Source of the DNA: Candidatus Marinacidobacterales bacterium
Lineage (GTDB): Bacteria; Acidobacteriota; Vicinamibacteria; Marinacidobacterales; DATDRI01
Assembly: GCA_965219415.1 (NCBI GenBank)
Contig: CBDCNP010000002.1
Location: 5,408,001-5,472,000 of the forward strand
Length of the DNA stretch: 64,000 bases
Reading direction: 5' to 3'
The translations under genes and the position numbers were made by a program. Under the pieces are notes generated by a model that saw only the letters and a list, made by a program, of their open reading frames with translations, was not told the DNA's origin and made no database searches. Of this stretch, positions 11,544 to 24,583 are shown one piece after another (position 1 is the first letter of the stretch; every line of letters begins with the position of its first letter).

Positions 11544-11772
11544 GGGAAAACCCCAGTGTCACATCGTCGCCATCGCCAAGGAGCAAGGTGAAATCGCGGC
11601 CAGTGTCGGGTGCATGCTAAGCCGGGTCCGTACAGGGATGTCACCCAGCGAAGTGACGTGCGCGATCCCGGCCTCCAAGCTGGGCGACGTCATCGAGGCG
11701 CTCGATTCCACTTGCGTGGCGGACGGCAAGGTGGCGACGTACGCTGCAGAAGATGGAAAGCGATTCGCCTAG
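11544..11772 (+). pseudogene. DUF169-like protein C-terminal fragment
   Basis: GKPQCHIV...ASVGCMLSRVRTGM pattern. Confidence 0.5.
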
Positions 11773-11978
11773 GACCCTAAGTCGGTCAAACCCCGTGAGG
11801 TCAAAATACTCATGCGCATCGTGTCCAAAAATACAAACGAACTCAAGACCGGCGTGCCGGGACGTTTCGGAATAGACGTGTCTACGCTTGGTTCGCAGCA
11901 CTTGAATGACCGGGTTGATTTCTCCGGGATTGCAGGCTAGCGTAATCTCTAAACAGACAGCGAGGAGAGGAGAGACAA

Positions 11979-12500
11979 ATGCAGCCACTTTACGATCCCG
12001 AGGGTGTTCGGCCCATGTGGGAGGAGCTTGCCCAATGCGGGGTGGAGCCCGTGCAAACAAGAGAGAACGTCGACGAGGCCTTGAAGAGGCCTGGGACAAC
12101 GCTCGTGGTGGTGAACTCGGTTTGTGGATGTGCTGCCGGCTCGGCGCGCCCGGGTGTGACTTGCGCCCTGCAACACAGCACAATTCCCGATCACCTCACG
12201 ACGGTCTTCGCCGGCGTGGACCGTGAGACCACGGAGCGCGCCAGAGAGCACATGGTCGGCGTTGCTCCGAGCTCACCTTCGGTGGCCCTTTTCAAAGACG
12301 GCGAGCTCGTGCACATGCTTGAGCGACGGCATATAGAGATGATGAACGACGAGATGGTGGCGCAGAACCTGACCGAGGCTTTCGACAAGTACTGCTCTCG
12401 ACAGGGACCGTCCGTCCTCAGAGAAGAGTACGAGAAGGTGGTGCACGCCCGGCAGTGTGGCTCCTCGGTGCCGCTGTTCGATCCCCTCTCAAACCACTAG
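11979..12500 (+). CDS. BrxA/BrxB-family bacilliredoxin (CGC motif)
   Basis: VVNSVCGCAAGSARPGV, TVFAGVDRE and PSSPSVALFKDG; strong GGAGAGGAG RBS. Confidence 0.9.
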   Translation: MQPLYDPEGVRPMWEELAQCGVEPVQTRENVDEALKRPGTTLVVVNSVCGCAAGSARPGVTCALQHSTIPDHLTTVFAGVDRETTERAREHMVGVAPSSPSVALFKDGELVHMLERRHIEMMNDEMVAQNLTEAFDKYCSRQGPSVLREEYEKVVHARQCGSSVPLFDPLSNH

Positions 12501-12585
12501 CAGGCGCTCTTCTCCCCGGCAAAGTCCAGTCCCGTCTCGCCCTCGGCGGCCGTTCCCCGCCCGTGGCGCGCCCCACCACCCATCA

Positions 12586-12765
12586 GGCCAGCCGTGCGCA
12601 CCCCCGGCAAAATCATCCCAGAACGTCCCGGCGCGTGGGTCTTGAGTGCGTTTGTGTTTTTGACACAACGGGCGCGAAATACCCTCGATTCTGCGCGGAT
12701 TCCAAGGGCGTCTAAACTGCTGATTTGTGGTCTATTTCAAAAGGGCTGAGTTTTGGCACAGGACG
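12586..12765 (-). mobile_element. Family-A variant end (to 12670) abutting a family-B variant end (12671-12765)
   Basis: GTCTTGAGTGCGTTTGTGTTTTTGACACAACG; the B variant matches 21746-21840 in inverted orientation. Confidence 0.75.
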
Positions 12766-12931
12766 GGGGCAGGTCGGTAGGAGCGCGTAGTGTGGGAAAG
12801 CCGCACGCTGCGTGCGATGTGGCGGGGGCTGGAAACGGACTTACGGTGCGGCTAGTGAGGCACTCCCACAGGAAACGGGGAGAAACAGATAGGCCGCGCC
12901 TACGGAGCACCGCGCCAGCCCTCGACCCTAT
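12766..12931 (+). ncRNA. Group II intron 3' remnant (domains V-VI)
   Basis: DV-like GAGCGCGTAGTGTGGGAAAGCCGCACGCTGCGTGCGATGTGGCGGG and a long DVI ending CTCGACCCTAT; second copy at 29876-29948. Confidence 0.8.
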
Positions 12932-12979
12932 CAGCCCCAGGACCCACCGGCCATGGCTCATGCTATTATCACGCGCTTA

Positions 12980-13843
12980 ATGAGAGTTTCGAAGGTCGTT
13001 TTCTTCGCTATTTGTTGTGCGTCGTCGGCCTCGGCGTGGGATCGCGTGGGACATCTCGTTGTGGATGCTATCGCGTGGAAGCACATGAGCGAGCCCACGC
13101 GCGAGCGGGCAGTCGAGATTCTTCGCGCTGCGCCGAGAGACGCCGGCCTCGCGCTATCGGGGTTCGGCCCGCGAGAGCTCTTCGTCCGCAGCGGGTACTG
13201 GCCCGACGTCGTGCGCGATGAGGCGTGGCCGGTGCGCAAAGAAAAATACGATCACCCGACGTGGCACTACGTCAATCATTTCTGGCGAGAAGACGGTACG
13301 CCGCTACCGGAGATGGGGCTGAACGGTGAACTCCTCGAACGACTCGAGGCGCTCGCGGGCACCGTCCCCGACGCTGTCGAGCTCGCGTGGTTGCTCCACC
13401 TCGTCGGTGACGTTCATCAACCGCTCCACTCGAGCGCGCGGGTCACCAACGCCGAACCGCACGGCGATCGCGGAGGGAACGATTTCGCGCTCGACGACCC
13501 GGAGTCCTGGGGGAACTTACACGCGTTTTGGGACTCGATACAGATGCGCGCCCGTCGCAAGCACCACAGCGAAGGCTATCCGGCATGGGTCGACCGGATC
13601 GCGGGCGAGATCACAACGCTTCATTCACGCGCAACGCTCGCGAGCGAGATGAGCGTTCAAGGATTCACCGACTGGTCCAAAGCCGGCGCCAAGCTTGCAA
13701 GGACGCGCTTGTACCCGTCGTATCTTGTTCGAGATGCGCGGCCGCCGAAGCAGTATCAGGACGAAGCCCAAGAGGTCGCCGATCGGCAGATGGCGCTCGC
13801 CGGGTACCGGCTCGCGGCGCTTCTGAATGGGCTCCTTCGCTAG
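12980..13843 (+). CDS. S1/P1 nuclease, secreted
   Basis: Signal peptide then WDRVGH; WPD, WHYVN, LHLVGDVHQPLH, DRGGN, NLHAFWD and AGYRLA. Confidence 0.92.
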   Translation: MRVSKVVFFAICCASSASAWDRVGHLVVDAIAWKHMSEPTRERAVEILRAAPRDAGLALSGFGPRELFVRSGYWPDVVRDEAWPVRKEKYDHPTWHYVNHFWREDGTPLPEMGLNGELLERLEALAGTVPDAVELAWLLHLVGDVHQPLHSSARVTNAEPHGDRGGNDFALDDPESWGNLHAFWDSIQMRARRKHHSEGYPAWVDRIAGEITTLHSRATLASEMSVQGFTDWSKAGAKLARTRLYPSYLVRDARPPKQYQDEAQEVADRQMALAGYRLAALLNGLLR

Positions 13844-13870
13844 GGTCGAACGGCTTGCGGCGCGGATGGA

Positions 13871-14590
13871 CGTCTGGTCAAAATACTCGAACGCCCAGCG
13901 GGTCAGCAGTTTGCACCTTTCCAAAGGCTGCTTGAATTCGCCATCGCGGTCGGATACGTATTCCAGTTCAGCGGAAGGAGTCGCGATGGGCTGGAAGACC
14001 ATGCTGAGCTACATCTCAGGGTCCGTGGATGAGGAGTTGCTCCTGCGCAACGAGTATCTTGTGGCCGAGAATCGAGTTCTTCGCAATCAGCTCCAGGGTC
14101 GCTTGCGTCTGACCGATGGCGAACGGCGGTCTCTGGCCGAGCTCGGAAAGTGTCTGGGTAAGCAAGCCCTTGATGAGGCGCGAGTATCGTGAACCCGTCT
14201 GGTCAAAATACTCGAACGTCGAGCGTGTCAGCAGTTTGCACCTTTCCAAGGGCCGCTTGAATCCGCCATCGCGGTCGGATACGTATTCCAGTTCAGCGGA
14301 AGGAGTCGCGATGGACTGGAAGACCATTTTGAGCTACATCTCAGGGTCCGTGGATGAGGAGTTGCTCCTGCGCAGCGAGTATCTTGTGGCCGAGCTCGGA
14401 AAGCGTCTGGGTAAGCAAGCCCTTGATGAGGTCGCGAGTATCGTGAACTCCGACACGGTCCTAGGTTGGCACCGGAGGCTTGTCGCGAAGAAGTTCGATA
14501 GCTCCAAGAACCGTCAGTATCCAGGGCGCCCGCGGGTCTACGCCGCCATCGAAGAGCTGGTGGTGCGTTTCGCTAAGGAGAACAGCCGGA
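13871..14590 (+). mobile_element. Two tandem family-C left halves (13871-14195; 14196-~14590)
   Basis: Both start CGTCTGGTCAAAATACTCGAACG and encode WKTxLSYISGSVDEELLLR. Confidence 0.85.
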
Positions 14591-14721
14591 ACAGGTCCGG
14601 CGAGTACGCCTGCCTTCAGTACAAAAGAACAGCAAGGAGTCGTCAATGTTTGTCCACTCGCCGCGCGCACTCCTTGAGGGCGTCGCCGATACGCGAGTGC
14701 CTCACAAAAACTCAGCCGGTT

Positions 14722-14919
14722 CGTTCAACCACCGGTAAAGGCCTTCGGAAACCACGCAAGGACAACGGCCTTGCCCCTCAGCTCGGAGAGCTGGTAGGAC
14801 TTTCCGTCGGTGCCCTGGAGCTCGAAGTCAGGTGCCTCGTCGCCAACCCGTAATTCGGCAGCACCCAAGGAGCCTCCGATAAACATCACACCAGGAGCCC
14901 AGCAGGCGATTCGCTTCAT
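14722..14919 (-). pseudogene. Peroxiredoxin (BCP/AhpC-like) N-terminus, probable selenoprotein, truncated
   Basis: [16 protein letters not shown]...[15 protein letters not shown], with TGA at the peroxidatic Cys position of PxxxTxxC. Confidence 0.75.
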
Positions 14920-15510
14920 TGATAACACTCCCATTCCAATCGTCACAACCCAAAGCAGAAGTCTAGACCCGGCCAACGGGTATGGCAGCCGACGGCGGAG
15001 TTCCTGTTGGGTTCAGCAGCTCAGGCGTGTAGGCTCTCCGCCACGCACCCAAGCGGCCAGCATCTACCACTCCGGGTCGTCCTTCGAGACCCACCGCCAC
15101 CTCTTTGCCAACACTCGCCGAATGTGCCCTCGAGTCCAATCCTGAGCGGCACACCAACGACAACAAACTTCTTCCCAATCAGCCCGCCGCCGAACCCGTC
15201 ATCGTCGTAATCGACGACCGAACTGGTATTGCCGCGGCGTGATCGTCCTGTGGACCGACGCCACAAGGCGAAGCAAAGATCTTCCTGTCGTTTGTTACAC
15301 TGATTAATGTTGTAGCAAAGGGCTATTTCGTCTCAATCCCGGAGTGGAAGGGCAAGGCCGATATTGCTTCTTTCCCCAGACTAACGCATCCTGCAAAACA
15401 TCCTGTTTCTGCTGCGCCAGCAGAATGTGATTCATCAGCCTGTGGCGGAGTTACTCCAACCGACAACGATATTTGCGTATGATGATTGACCGGAAATAGC
15501 CGACGCAACG

Positions 15511-16322
15511 ATGCACCCACTTTCAAGAGATGTCAGTTACAGCTTGAGAGTCTTAAGCCGGAACCCTGCCTCGGCCGGACTCTCCGTTCTCATACTCGCT
15601 TTTGGCATTTCAGCAAATGCCGTCGTTTTCACGGCCGTCAGCGGTGTCCTGTTGGAACCGCTCCCCGTTGCTGAGCCAAATCGCGTCGTGGTCATGTGGG
15701 AGCAGAATCTGCAGGAGAACCGGTCGGTTATCGAAGTCTCCCTTCCGAACTTCCTGGATTGGTCGAGGGAGGCGGACTCTTTCGAGAACATGGCCGCTTT
15801 TGGTTCTGTGAATTGGGGCCACGTCCTGACCGATCGTGCAGAGCCGTATGCGGTGTCTTCAAGCGCTGTCTCGGCTTCGTTCTTCGATGTCCTGGGTGTA
15901 CGGCCCCACCTAGGGCGGACCTTTCTCCCGCAGGACGACAAGCTAGGAGCCCCTCAAGTTGCAATTCTTAGCTACGACTTTTGGCAGACTCGCTTTGGAC
16001 GCGACAGAAGCATCGCGGGTCGAACGATTCAGTTAGAAGGTGATACAGAAGGCCCCGAACCATTCACAGTCATCGGAGTGATGCCAAAGGATTTCGAGGT
16101 ACCAAGACGCACAGAACTCTGGACGCCATTGAGGCGCCGTCTTTCCACTGCGTTCCGTGCTCTTGAGCCTGAGCAACAACGTCGAATCGGCGTTCTGTAC
16201 GTCGTAGGAAGACTTAGAGGTGAAGTGGCCGCTAATCAAGCCCGGACTGAAATGAGCACCATTGCGAAAAGGTTGGCTGATGCTCGTGGAAGACCTAGCG
16301 AGTATCTCACAATTGCTATAAC
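15511..16322 (+). pseudogene. ADOP/MacB-type ABC permease N-terminal fragment
   Basis: DVSYSLRVLSRNP, VSASFFDVLGVRPHLGRTF and FTVIGVMP; cut by the IS256 end. Confidence 0.85.
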
Positions 16323-19070
16323 GAGCTACCCTCAGAAGGTGTGGAAATAAAGTAAAGGCGGAGTAACCTTCCGCGTCACGAAACACGGCCTGAAGGGGCC
16401 AACGGAAGGAGACACCGCCATGAAGGAAAAGACCACAAGACGACGGAGCTCGTCAAGGGTGGCTTGGGAGTCGCTGGAGAAGTGGGCGAGGCTCGAGATC
16501 CAGGATTGGGTGCAGGAGCTGATGGTAGCCGAAGTCACGGAGCTTCTCGGGCGTGAGAAATCGGAGAGACGGAAGCCCGTGGACACAACGGCGGGCTATC
16601 GAAATGGATACGGTAAGCCTCGGAAACTGACGATGAGCGTGGGCACGGTGACGGTTCGCCGGCCGAGAGTACGGGACGTGGAGGAGAGTGGATGTGTCCC
16701 GAGGTTCGTGGAAAAAGAACGGCGCCCTCCACTCCGTCATCAGAGTATCATATCAGGCGGTAACCTCCGCGTGTTCGAGAACCTCGCTCAGACGTTGGTA
16801 GCCGTCGATGCGTCGTAGTTGAATCTGGCCAGAGGCGATAAGCCCAAACAGCAAAGCGACCGCAGACTCCTCGCTGGAGAACGACGCTTGGGTTTTCGTC
16901 CGGCGTCGAAACTCGCGGTTGAGATTCTCCAGAGCTTTGGTCGTTCGAAACGATTTCCACATGGCACGAGGGAATTCGTAGAAGGTCAGCAGCTGATTAC
17001 CGGCCTCCTCTAGGCTTCGGACGACGGCCGGCGCGAGAGGCGTCCACTTGGCGACGAGCTCGTCATAGGCTTTGCGAGCATCGAACCCGTTCTTGGCGTA
17101 GACGATCCGGTTGTAGTCACGCCGGAGCTCACGGCGTGCGTGCGCCGGGCAATGTTGGAGCAAGTTGGCGCGCTTGTGCTCGGTACATCGCTGCAACCGG
17201 CACCCCGGCCACTTCTCCAGCGCTTTCGTCAGCCCCTTGTGGCCGTCGCTGATCACTAGCTTGGGAGCCCGGAGTCCTCGAGCCTGGAGTCCCTCCAGCA
17301 CGGAGCCCCAATGCGTCGAGGCTTCGCTCACCGCCAGACGCAATGACAACAGACGTTTCTGCCCGTCTGGCGCGACCCCGAGCGCAGCCAGTACGGGTAC
17401 GCTGATCACACGTTTCGCCATCCGCACTTTCAGGTGGAAGCCGTCCAGGTAAACGATCGCGTAGACCTCCTCGCTGAGAGCACGGTTCTGCCATTCCTCG
17501 AAGCGCTCCTTCAGCCGGCTAACCACGCGAGACACCGCGCTCTTCGATAGGTGCTCCTCACCGAGCAGTGGTTTCAGCGCTTTGCGGACCCGGCGGCTAT
17601 TCGCGCCCGACAAGTACGTCCCCAAGAGCGCCTCGTCGACCTCACGAGTCCGGCGCGCGTACCGGGGCAACAGCTCGCTCCTGAACTCTGTCGTTTCTCC
17701 CGTTTCCTCGTCTCGCACGCGGGCTCGTGGCACCCGGAGCTCGCGAGTTCCCACCGACGTCGTCACGCGACGGGTTTCGGCTCCGTTGCGATACCCACGG
17801 CGGTCTTCCGCACGCTCGTAGCTACAACACCCCAGCGCTTGGTCGACTTCTTCCTCGAGCACAACCTCGATCGCCTCCAGTACCCGCATACGCAGCCGAA
17901 GTTGGACGAACTCCCGGTACTCGCTTACAGACTCCTTCAATATGGTGATAGGCTTCTTCATGGCGTAATCCTCCTCCTCGCCTTTCCAGGCGCGGTTTCG
18001 TTTTGCTTAACCGGAGGTTACGCCATTCTTATTTCCACGGGAAGCGGGACGGATCCAGGAGAGGTTCGAAAGTCGAGTGCTTCCGCTGTTCAAGCGTCGG
18101 AGCGAAACGGTGAGCGAGTTGATTCCGGAGCTGTACCTGCATGGACTAGCTCACGGAGATTTCGATCTGGCGCTCCGCGGGCTTCTAGGGGAGGACGCTC
18201 CACTTTCTCCCAGCACGGTGTCGCGGCTGAAACAGAAATGGCAGGGAGAGTACGAGCAGTGGCTAGCTCGCCCACTGGACGAACTCGAGCTCGTGTCCCT
18301 GTGGGTAGATGGCGTGTACGTGAAGGCCGGCCTTGAGAAGGACAAGGCGGCGGTGCTAGTTGCGGTTGGTGGCCTGTCCGACGGGACGAAAATCGTCCTG
18401 ACGCTGGAGGCCGGGCATCGAGAATCCGAAGCGTCATGGTCGTCGCTGCTACGGAGACTGAAGAAGCGCGGTCTGAGATGTCCCCGTTTGGTGATCGGTG
18501 ACGGTCATCTCGACATCTGGGCCGCGACCCGAAACGTATTTCCAGAAGCTGAGGAGCAGCGGTGCTGGAACCACCGAATCCTCAACGTACTGGACCGGAT
18601 TCCGAAAAGGGACCAGGCGCAGGCCAAGCCGCTGTTGACGGCGACCCCCTACCCCACCAGCCTGCAGGAGTGCGAGACGAAGAAGGCCAAGTTCCAGGAT
18701 TGGTGCTTGCGCAAGGGTCTTCCGGGGGCCGCGCACGTGCTCGACGAGGACTGGGAGCGGATGGTCAGCTTCTATTCCTTTCCCAAGCCTCACTGGCAAC
18801 ACCTTCGCACGAGCAACGTCGTGGAGTCACCGTTCGCTGCACTGAGATTGAGAACGGATGCGGCCAAAAGGTTCAAGAAAGTCGAGTCCGCCACTGCGAC
18901 AATCTTCAAACTGCTTCTGGTTGCGGAGAAGAATTTTCGCCGGCTCAACGCACCGGAGCTGATGCGAGAGGTTCACCTGGGCGTTCGATTTGAAGATGGA
19001 GACAGGGTAACGGAGTCGTCGAAGGTTGCTGCTGCCTGAACTTTTTTACACACCTATTGAACAAGAGCTC
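16323..19070 (+). mobile_element. IS256-family element interrupted by a second IS256
   Basis: Imperfect TIRs GAGCTACCCTCAGAAGGTGTGG / CACACCTATTGAACAAGAGCTC. The ORF halves (16420-16689 and 18057-19039) rejoin as DVEERFESRVLP. Confidence 0.9.
16690..18056 (-). mobile_element. IS256-family element, intact transposase 16753-17961
   Basis: YLDGFHLK, ISDGHKGL and QRCTEH; TIRs GGATGTGTCCCG / CGGGACGGATCC; TSD AGGAGAG(T/G). Confidence 0.92.
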
Positions 19071-19142
19071 GACATCGTGTTGATGGGGATGACCGAAGAA
19101 CAATTCAGGGAGATAAAAACTTCGTGACACCCGCCACTTTTT

Positions 19143-19172
19143 TTGACCGGTCCCTCTCTTTGGTTGTACGAT
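19143..19172 (+). promoter_or_regulatory. Sigma70-type promoter of the tRNA
   Basis: TTGACC-N18-TACGAT, about 30 bp upstream of the tRNA. Confidence 0.55.
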
Positions 19173-19202
19173 AGTCCGCCGCTCGAACCAACCCCCCTGG
19201 AC

Positions 19203-19299
<97 letters not shown>

Positions 19300-19506
19300 G
19301 AAATGCTATAAGCTACTGATAATAGGCGGCTTATTTATGTCATTGCTTGTAGATTCCCTGTCCATCATCATTATTAATCCGGGACTGGACTCTAGGGCCC
19401 GGACCGCCCTCGAGCACATGCTGGAGAGCGTGGTCAGCGCGCGAGGGAAGGTGCTGAGGACGAACTTCTCGGCGACCAGCCGAGTAACGCGAGCGACCAA
19501 GCTGAC

Positions 19507-20644
19507 TCAGGCTGCCTCTCGCCACTCGTATCGATGGTGCAGTCCACCGACTCGCGGCAGTGCGACTACTTTCGCCGTAGGAGACGGTCGGTGCGTGACC
19601 GCTCTCAAGCTCGGTGTATCCTTGTTCAGCCCCAAGTGGCAACGGTCCTCATGATAGTAGCTGATGTAAGCTCGCACGAGCCGGATGAGATGACATGCAC
19701 CGAGAACCACGACGTGCTCAAGGAGCTCGCGGCGGCAGCTGCCGATCCACCGCTCCGCGGTTCCGTTTTGCCATGGGCTGCGAAACGAAGTGCGAACGGG
19801 TTTTGTGCCCGTTGCTTTGATGAACTCGATGACCGCAGCGCTAAAGATGAAGTCACGATCGAAGATGAGATATTTCGGAGCGGTGTCGTAGGGAAACGCC
19901 TCACGCAGTTGCTGAATAACCCAAGCAGACGTCGGGTGGAACGTGGCGTTGAAGTGAACGATGTGCCGACGACCGTGCTCGATGACGAAGAAGCCGTACA
20001 GCAGCCGGAGCGACGCGGTGGGCACGGTGAACAGATCCATGGCGGCGATATCGTCTTTATGGTTGCGCAAGAAAGCCATCCATCGTTTCAGCTGGTCGGG
20101 CTCCGCGGGACGCCGCGGCAGGTATCGCGACACCGTGATCTCGGAGATGATGAAACCGAGCTTGGTGAGCTCAGCATGGATGCGTGGCGCCCCCCAGCCG
20201 TCTTGCGCCATCGTGCGGACGAGGCGGCGAATCTCGGCATCAACCCGAGGCCGACCGGGATGGCGGCGCTGCGAGATCTTTGCCCAGTACCGTCGGAATC
20301 GGTCGCGATGCCAACGGGCCACGGTGTCCGCGTGGACGATGAGCAGGCGGCTCGCCCACACGGGCCACGAACCTCGAAGGGCAACCCAGAAAGCCCGTTC
20401 CGTGTCGTCGAGCGGTGGGCGTGGGCGCTCTTTCTTCAGCGCCGTCACTTGCTGCCGCAAAGCGACGTTCTCCAACACCAAGTCGGCGCGGCGCCGACAC
20501 ATCGCCCGAATGGCACGGACGCCAAGTGAGACGAGGAAGACAACAACGTTGAGCATAGCGGCGGAGTTTCGCCGTCTTCGGCCCGGAATTCAAGCGGAGC
20601 GTAAGTCCTTGATTTCGTGGGTGGAGCAGTTTTGACGATGCACA
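19507..20644 (-). mobile_element. Unclassified integrase-core (rve) element, intact 349-aa ORF 19507-20556, right end missing
   Basis: WGAPRIHAEL, AMDLFTV, LIFDRD, SPWQNGTAER and GGLHHRY; left end TGTGCATCGTCAAAAC. Confidence 0.85.
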
Positions 20645-20743
20645 CCTTACGATGAGAGAACTGTGTCTTCAGAATTCTGGTTCAAACTCTAGCACGCGAA
20701 CGGGTTACGCGGCAGCCACCAACAACTTCATGGCGGAAGCACC

Positions 20744-21194
20744 ACTCCTGTCTCAACTCCTTGTCTGCAAGATAGAAGTTACCGACATGCACTCCCTGGT
20801 GACAGATCGGCACTCCCAGGAAAGTCCTCGCCAGCGTGCTGTCGTCGGGGAAACCGAGCGAACTGAGGTGGGCAGCCAGGTCTCGCAGCCTGAGCGGCTG
20901 CGGAGCCTCCCGCAGGTACTCGTACAGCTCCAGTCCGTGGGGCATATCCAGGAACCGTTGGTGCTCCTCGGGAGCTAATCCCGAAGTGACGAAGTCCTGG
21001 GGCTGCCCCGAGCCGTCCATGGTTGTGATCCCGCTGCAGCGGGCGCCGGTCAGCGCGCAAGCGCTTGCCGCAACCTCGTTCAAAACGGTATTCAAGTCGA
21101 GGCTTTCGCTGATGCGCAGACTGACCTCGCTCAGCCTGGAGAGGCGGTCCCGCAGTGCCTCGATCTCCCCCTTCGATTCGTCGGCTTTCTTCAA
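20744..21194 (-). pseudogene. GAF-domain sensor protein N-terminal fragment
   Basis: ISESLDLNTVL...TFLGVPICHQGVHVGNFYLADKE; cut by an IS1-like end at 20743. Confidence 0.75.
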
Positions 21195-21402
21195 TGTTCC
21201 ACCCTCGATTGGATGCGGGCAGCACTCGGTTCCGCCTTATCGCTCTCCGGGCAGATGCAGGAACCGCACGCGCAGAGACCCAGGTGGTCTCGATGGTGGC
21301 AATTTATGGAAGAATTCACAAATATTTCACGCATTTAGCTTTAAGAATCACATTAAAATCACACAAAATAGTGCAAAAAAAAGGTGGTCGACCGGTAGTT
21401 CA

Positions 21403-21745
21403 ATGAACATGCGCAAACCTATTATTATCGACCAAGCCACCCTCGATTGGGAAGGCTGGCGCAACACCACCCTCGCTACCAAGAGCGCGATACGCTGGAA
21501 GCTCCTGATCACAGGCGAACGCACGGAAAGCAGCGGCCTCGTCACGGGCATTGCACAACTCCCGCCCGGCGCGCAACTACTGCTTCACCACCACGAGCCC
21601 CAGGAAACCTATTACGTCGTTAGCGGCCGAGGGGAGATGAAGATCGACGATTACACGACGGCGGTCGGGCCCGGCTGCGCAATCTACATCCCTGCCAATG
21701 CCAGGCACGCGCTCCGATGCACCGGCTCGGAGCCGCTGTTCTTCG
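21403..21745 (+). pseudogene. Cupin, DddK/DddW-like DMSP-lyase family, C-terminally clipped
   Basis: IRWKLLI...SSGLVTGIAQLPPG...LHHHEPQETYYV...YIPANARHAL; the family-B end begins at 21746. Confidence 0.65.
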
Positions 21746-21905
21746 CGTCCTGTGCCAAAACTCGGCCCTTTTGAAATAGACCACAAATCAGCAGCTTAGA
21801 CGCCCTTGGAATCCGCGCAGAATCCAGGGTATTTCGCGCCGCAGGGCTGACTTCCGACCCATGGGCTGGCGGATGAATAAATAGAAGGCACAGGACTATT
21901 CACGA

Positions 21906-21941
21906 CGAGAGCCCGAGCCGCGTGAGCGACCCGGGCTCTCG
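21906..21941 (-). terminator. Hairpin downstream of groEL
   Basis: CGAGAGCCCG...CGGGCTCTCG stem; weak U-tract. Confidence 0.55.
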
Positions 21942-21954
21942 GGAAGTGTGTAGC

Positions 21955-23607
<1,653 letters not shown>

Positions 23608-23623
23608 TTACAATACCTCCAAG

Positions 23624-23914
23624 CTATTCCATGATGCCGAGTACCTCGTCCTCTTTGAGGATGAGGTACTCAGTTCCGTTCAGTTTCACTTCCGAGCCCG
23701 AGTATTTGCCGATGAGCACTTTGTCGCCCACCTTCACCTCGAGCGCAACCTTCTTTCCGTCCTCCAAAGTCCGGCCCGATCCGATGGCTATGACTTCGGC
23801 CGTCATAGGCTTTTCCTTCGCGCTGTCGGGGATGATGATGGATCCGACTTTCTTCTCGTCTATCTCCTCGATCCGCTTCACGACAATGTTGTCCTTTATC
23901 GGTTTGATCTTCAT
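23624..23914 (-). CDS. groS: Co-chaperonin GroES
   Basis: IIIPDSAKEKP and VKVGDKVLIGKYSG. Confidence 0.98.
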   Translation of the reverse strand: MKIKPIKDNIVVKRIEEIDEKKVGSIIIPDSAKEKPMTAEVIAIGSGRTLEDGKKVALEVKVGDKVLIGKYSGSEVKLNGTEYLILKEDEVLGIME

Positions 23915-23978
23915 TTGTCAATTATTCCTCCTTCGTTATCCAGGACTGGCCGTCGGGGTCGAACTCCCAAAACGGCGG

Positions 23979-24421
23979 TCAACCACTGATGGGAATCTGA
24001 CGGCTTTTCTCGCTCGCCTTCTTCGGCATGGTCACCGTCAGAATGCCCTTCTCGAAATCGGCCTTTACTTTGTCCGTCTCGATGCTCGTCGGGAGCTCGA
24101 ACGTGCAATGGAACAGGCCGTAGGTTCCATGCGAACGAACTGTTTCTCGTTGATGGCTTCGTTGACCCTGCGATTGCCTGGTAGTGTGACTCGATCGTCA
24201 TCGATGCGAAACTCGATGTCGTCTTGATTCACTTCGGGGAGTTCCGCCTTGAGAACAAAGGGCTTTTCGGTTTCGTAGAGATCCACGGCGGGGGACAATG
24301 CACTAGTGGTCGACAGCTCTCCCTCGGAGCGCGTGCGCGACAGCGTCTGATCGATTAGCCGGTTCATCCGTTCTTGGAGCGCAAGAAGCTCACGCACGGG
24401 ATCCCAATGGGTGAGTGGCAT
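23979..24421 (-). pseudogene. Hsp20 small heat-shock protein, frameshifted
   Basis: PAVDLYE...KAELP...FVRME, then a shift near 24124 to YGLFHCTFELP...KADFEKGILTVTMPK. Confidence 0.88.
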
Positions 24422-24445
24422 CTGTGATTCGACAACCTCGACATA

Positions 24446-24472
24446 TTAGCACTCTACACACCCGAGTGCTAA
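24446..24472. promoter_or_regulatory. CIRCE (HrcA operator)
   Basis: Perfect TTAGCACTC-N9-GAGTGCTAA upstream of hsp20-groES-groEL. Confidence 0.97.
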
Positions 24473-24583
24473 TCGCACGAGATAGTAGTTATTTGGTACT
24501 GTCAAGTGCTGGTGCGCTCAGCCACTACCGCGACGCGGGCGGCGAAGGGTTCGTCGTGGGCAGTGTGATCAGGTTGCCCAATC

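Noticed and set aside
15292-15320. TTTGTTACA...TGTAGCAAA imperfect palindrome as an operator
   Set aside because: Single instance with no assignable regulator, and the downstream gene is a fragment.
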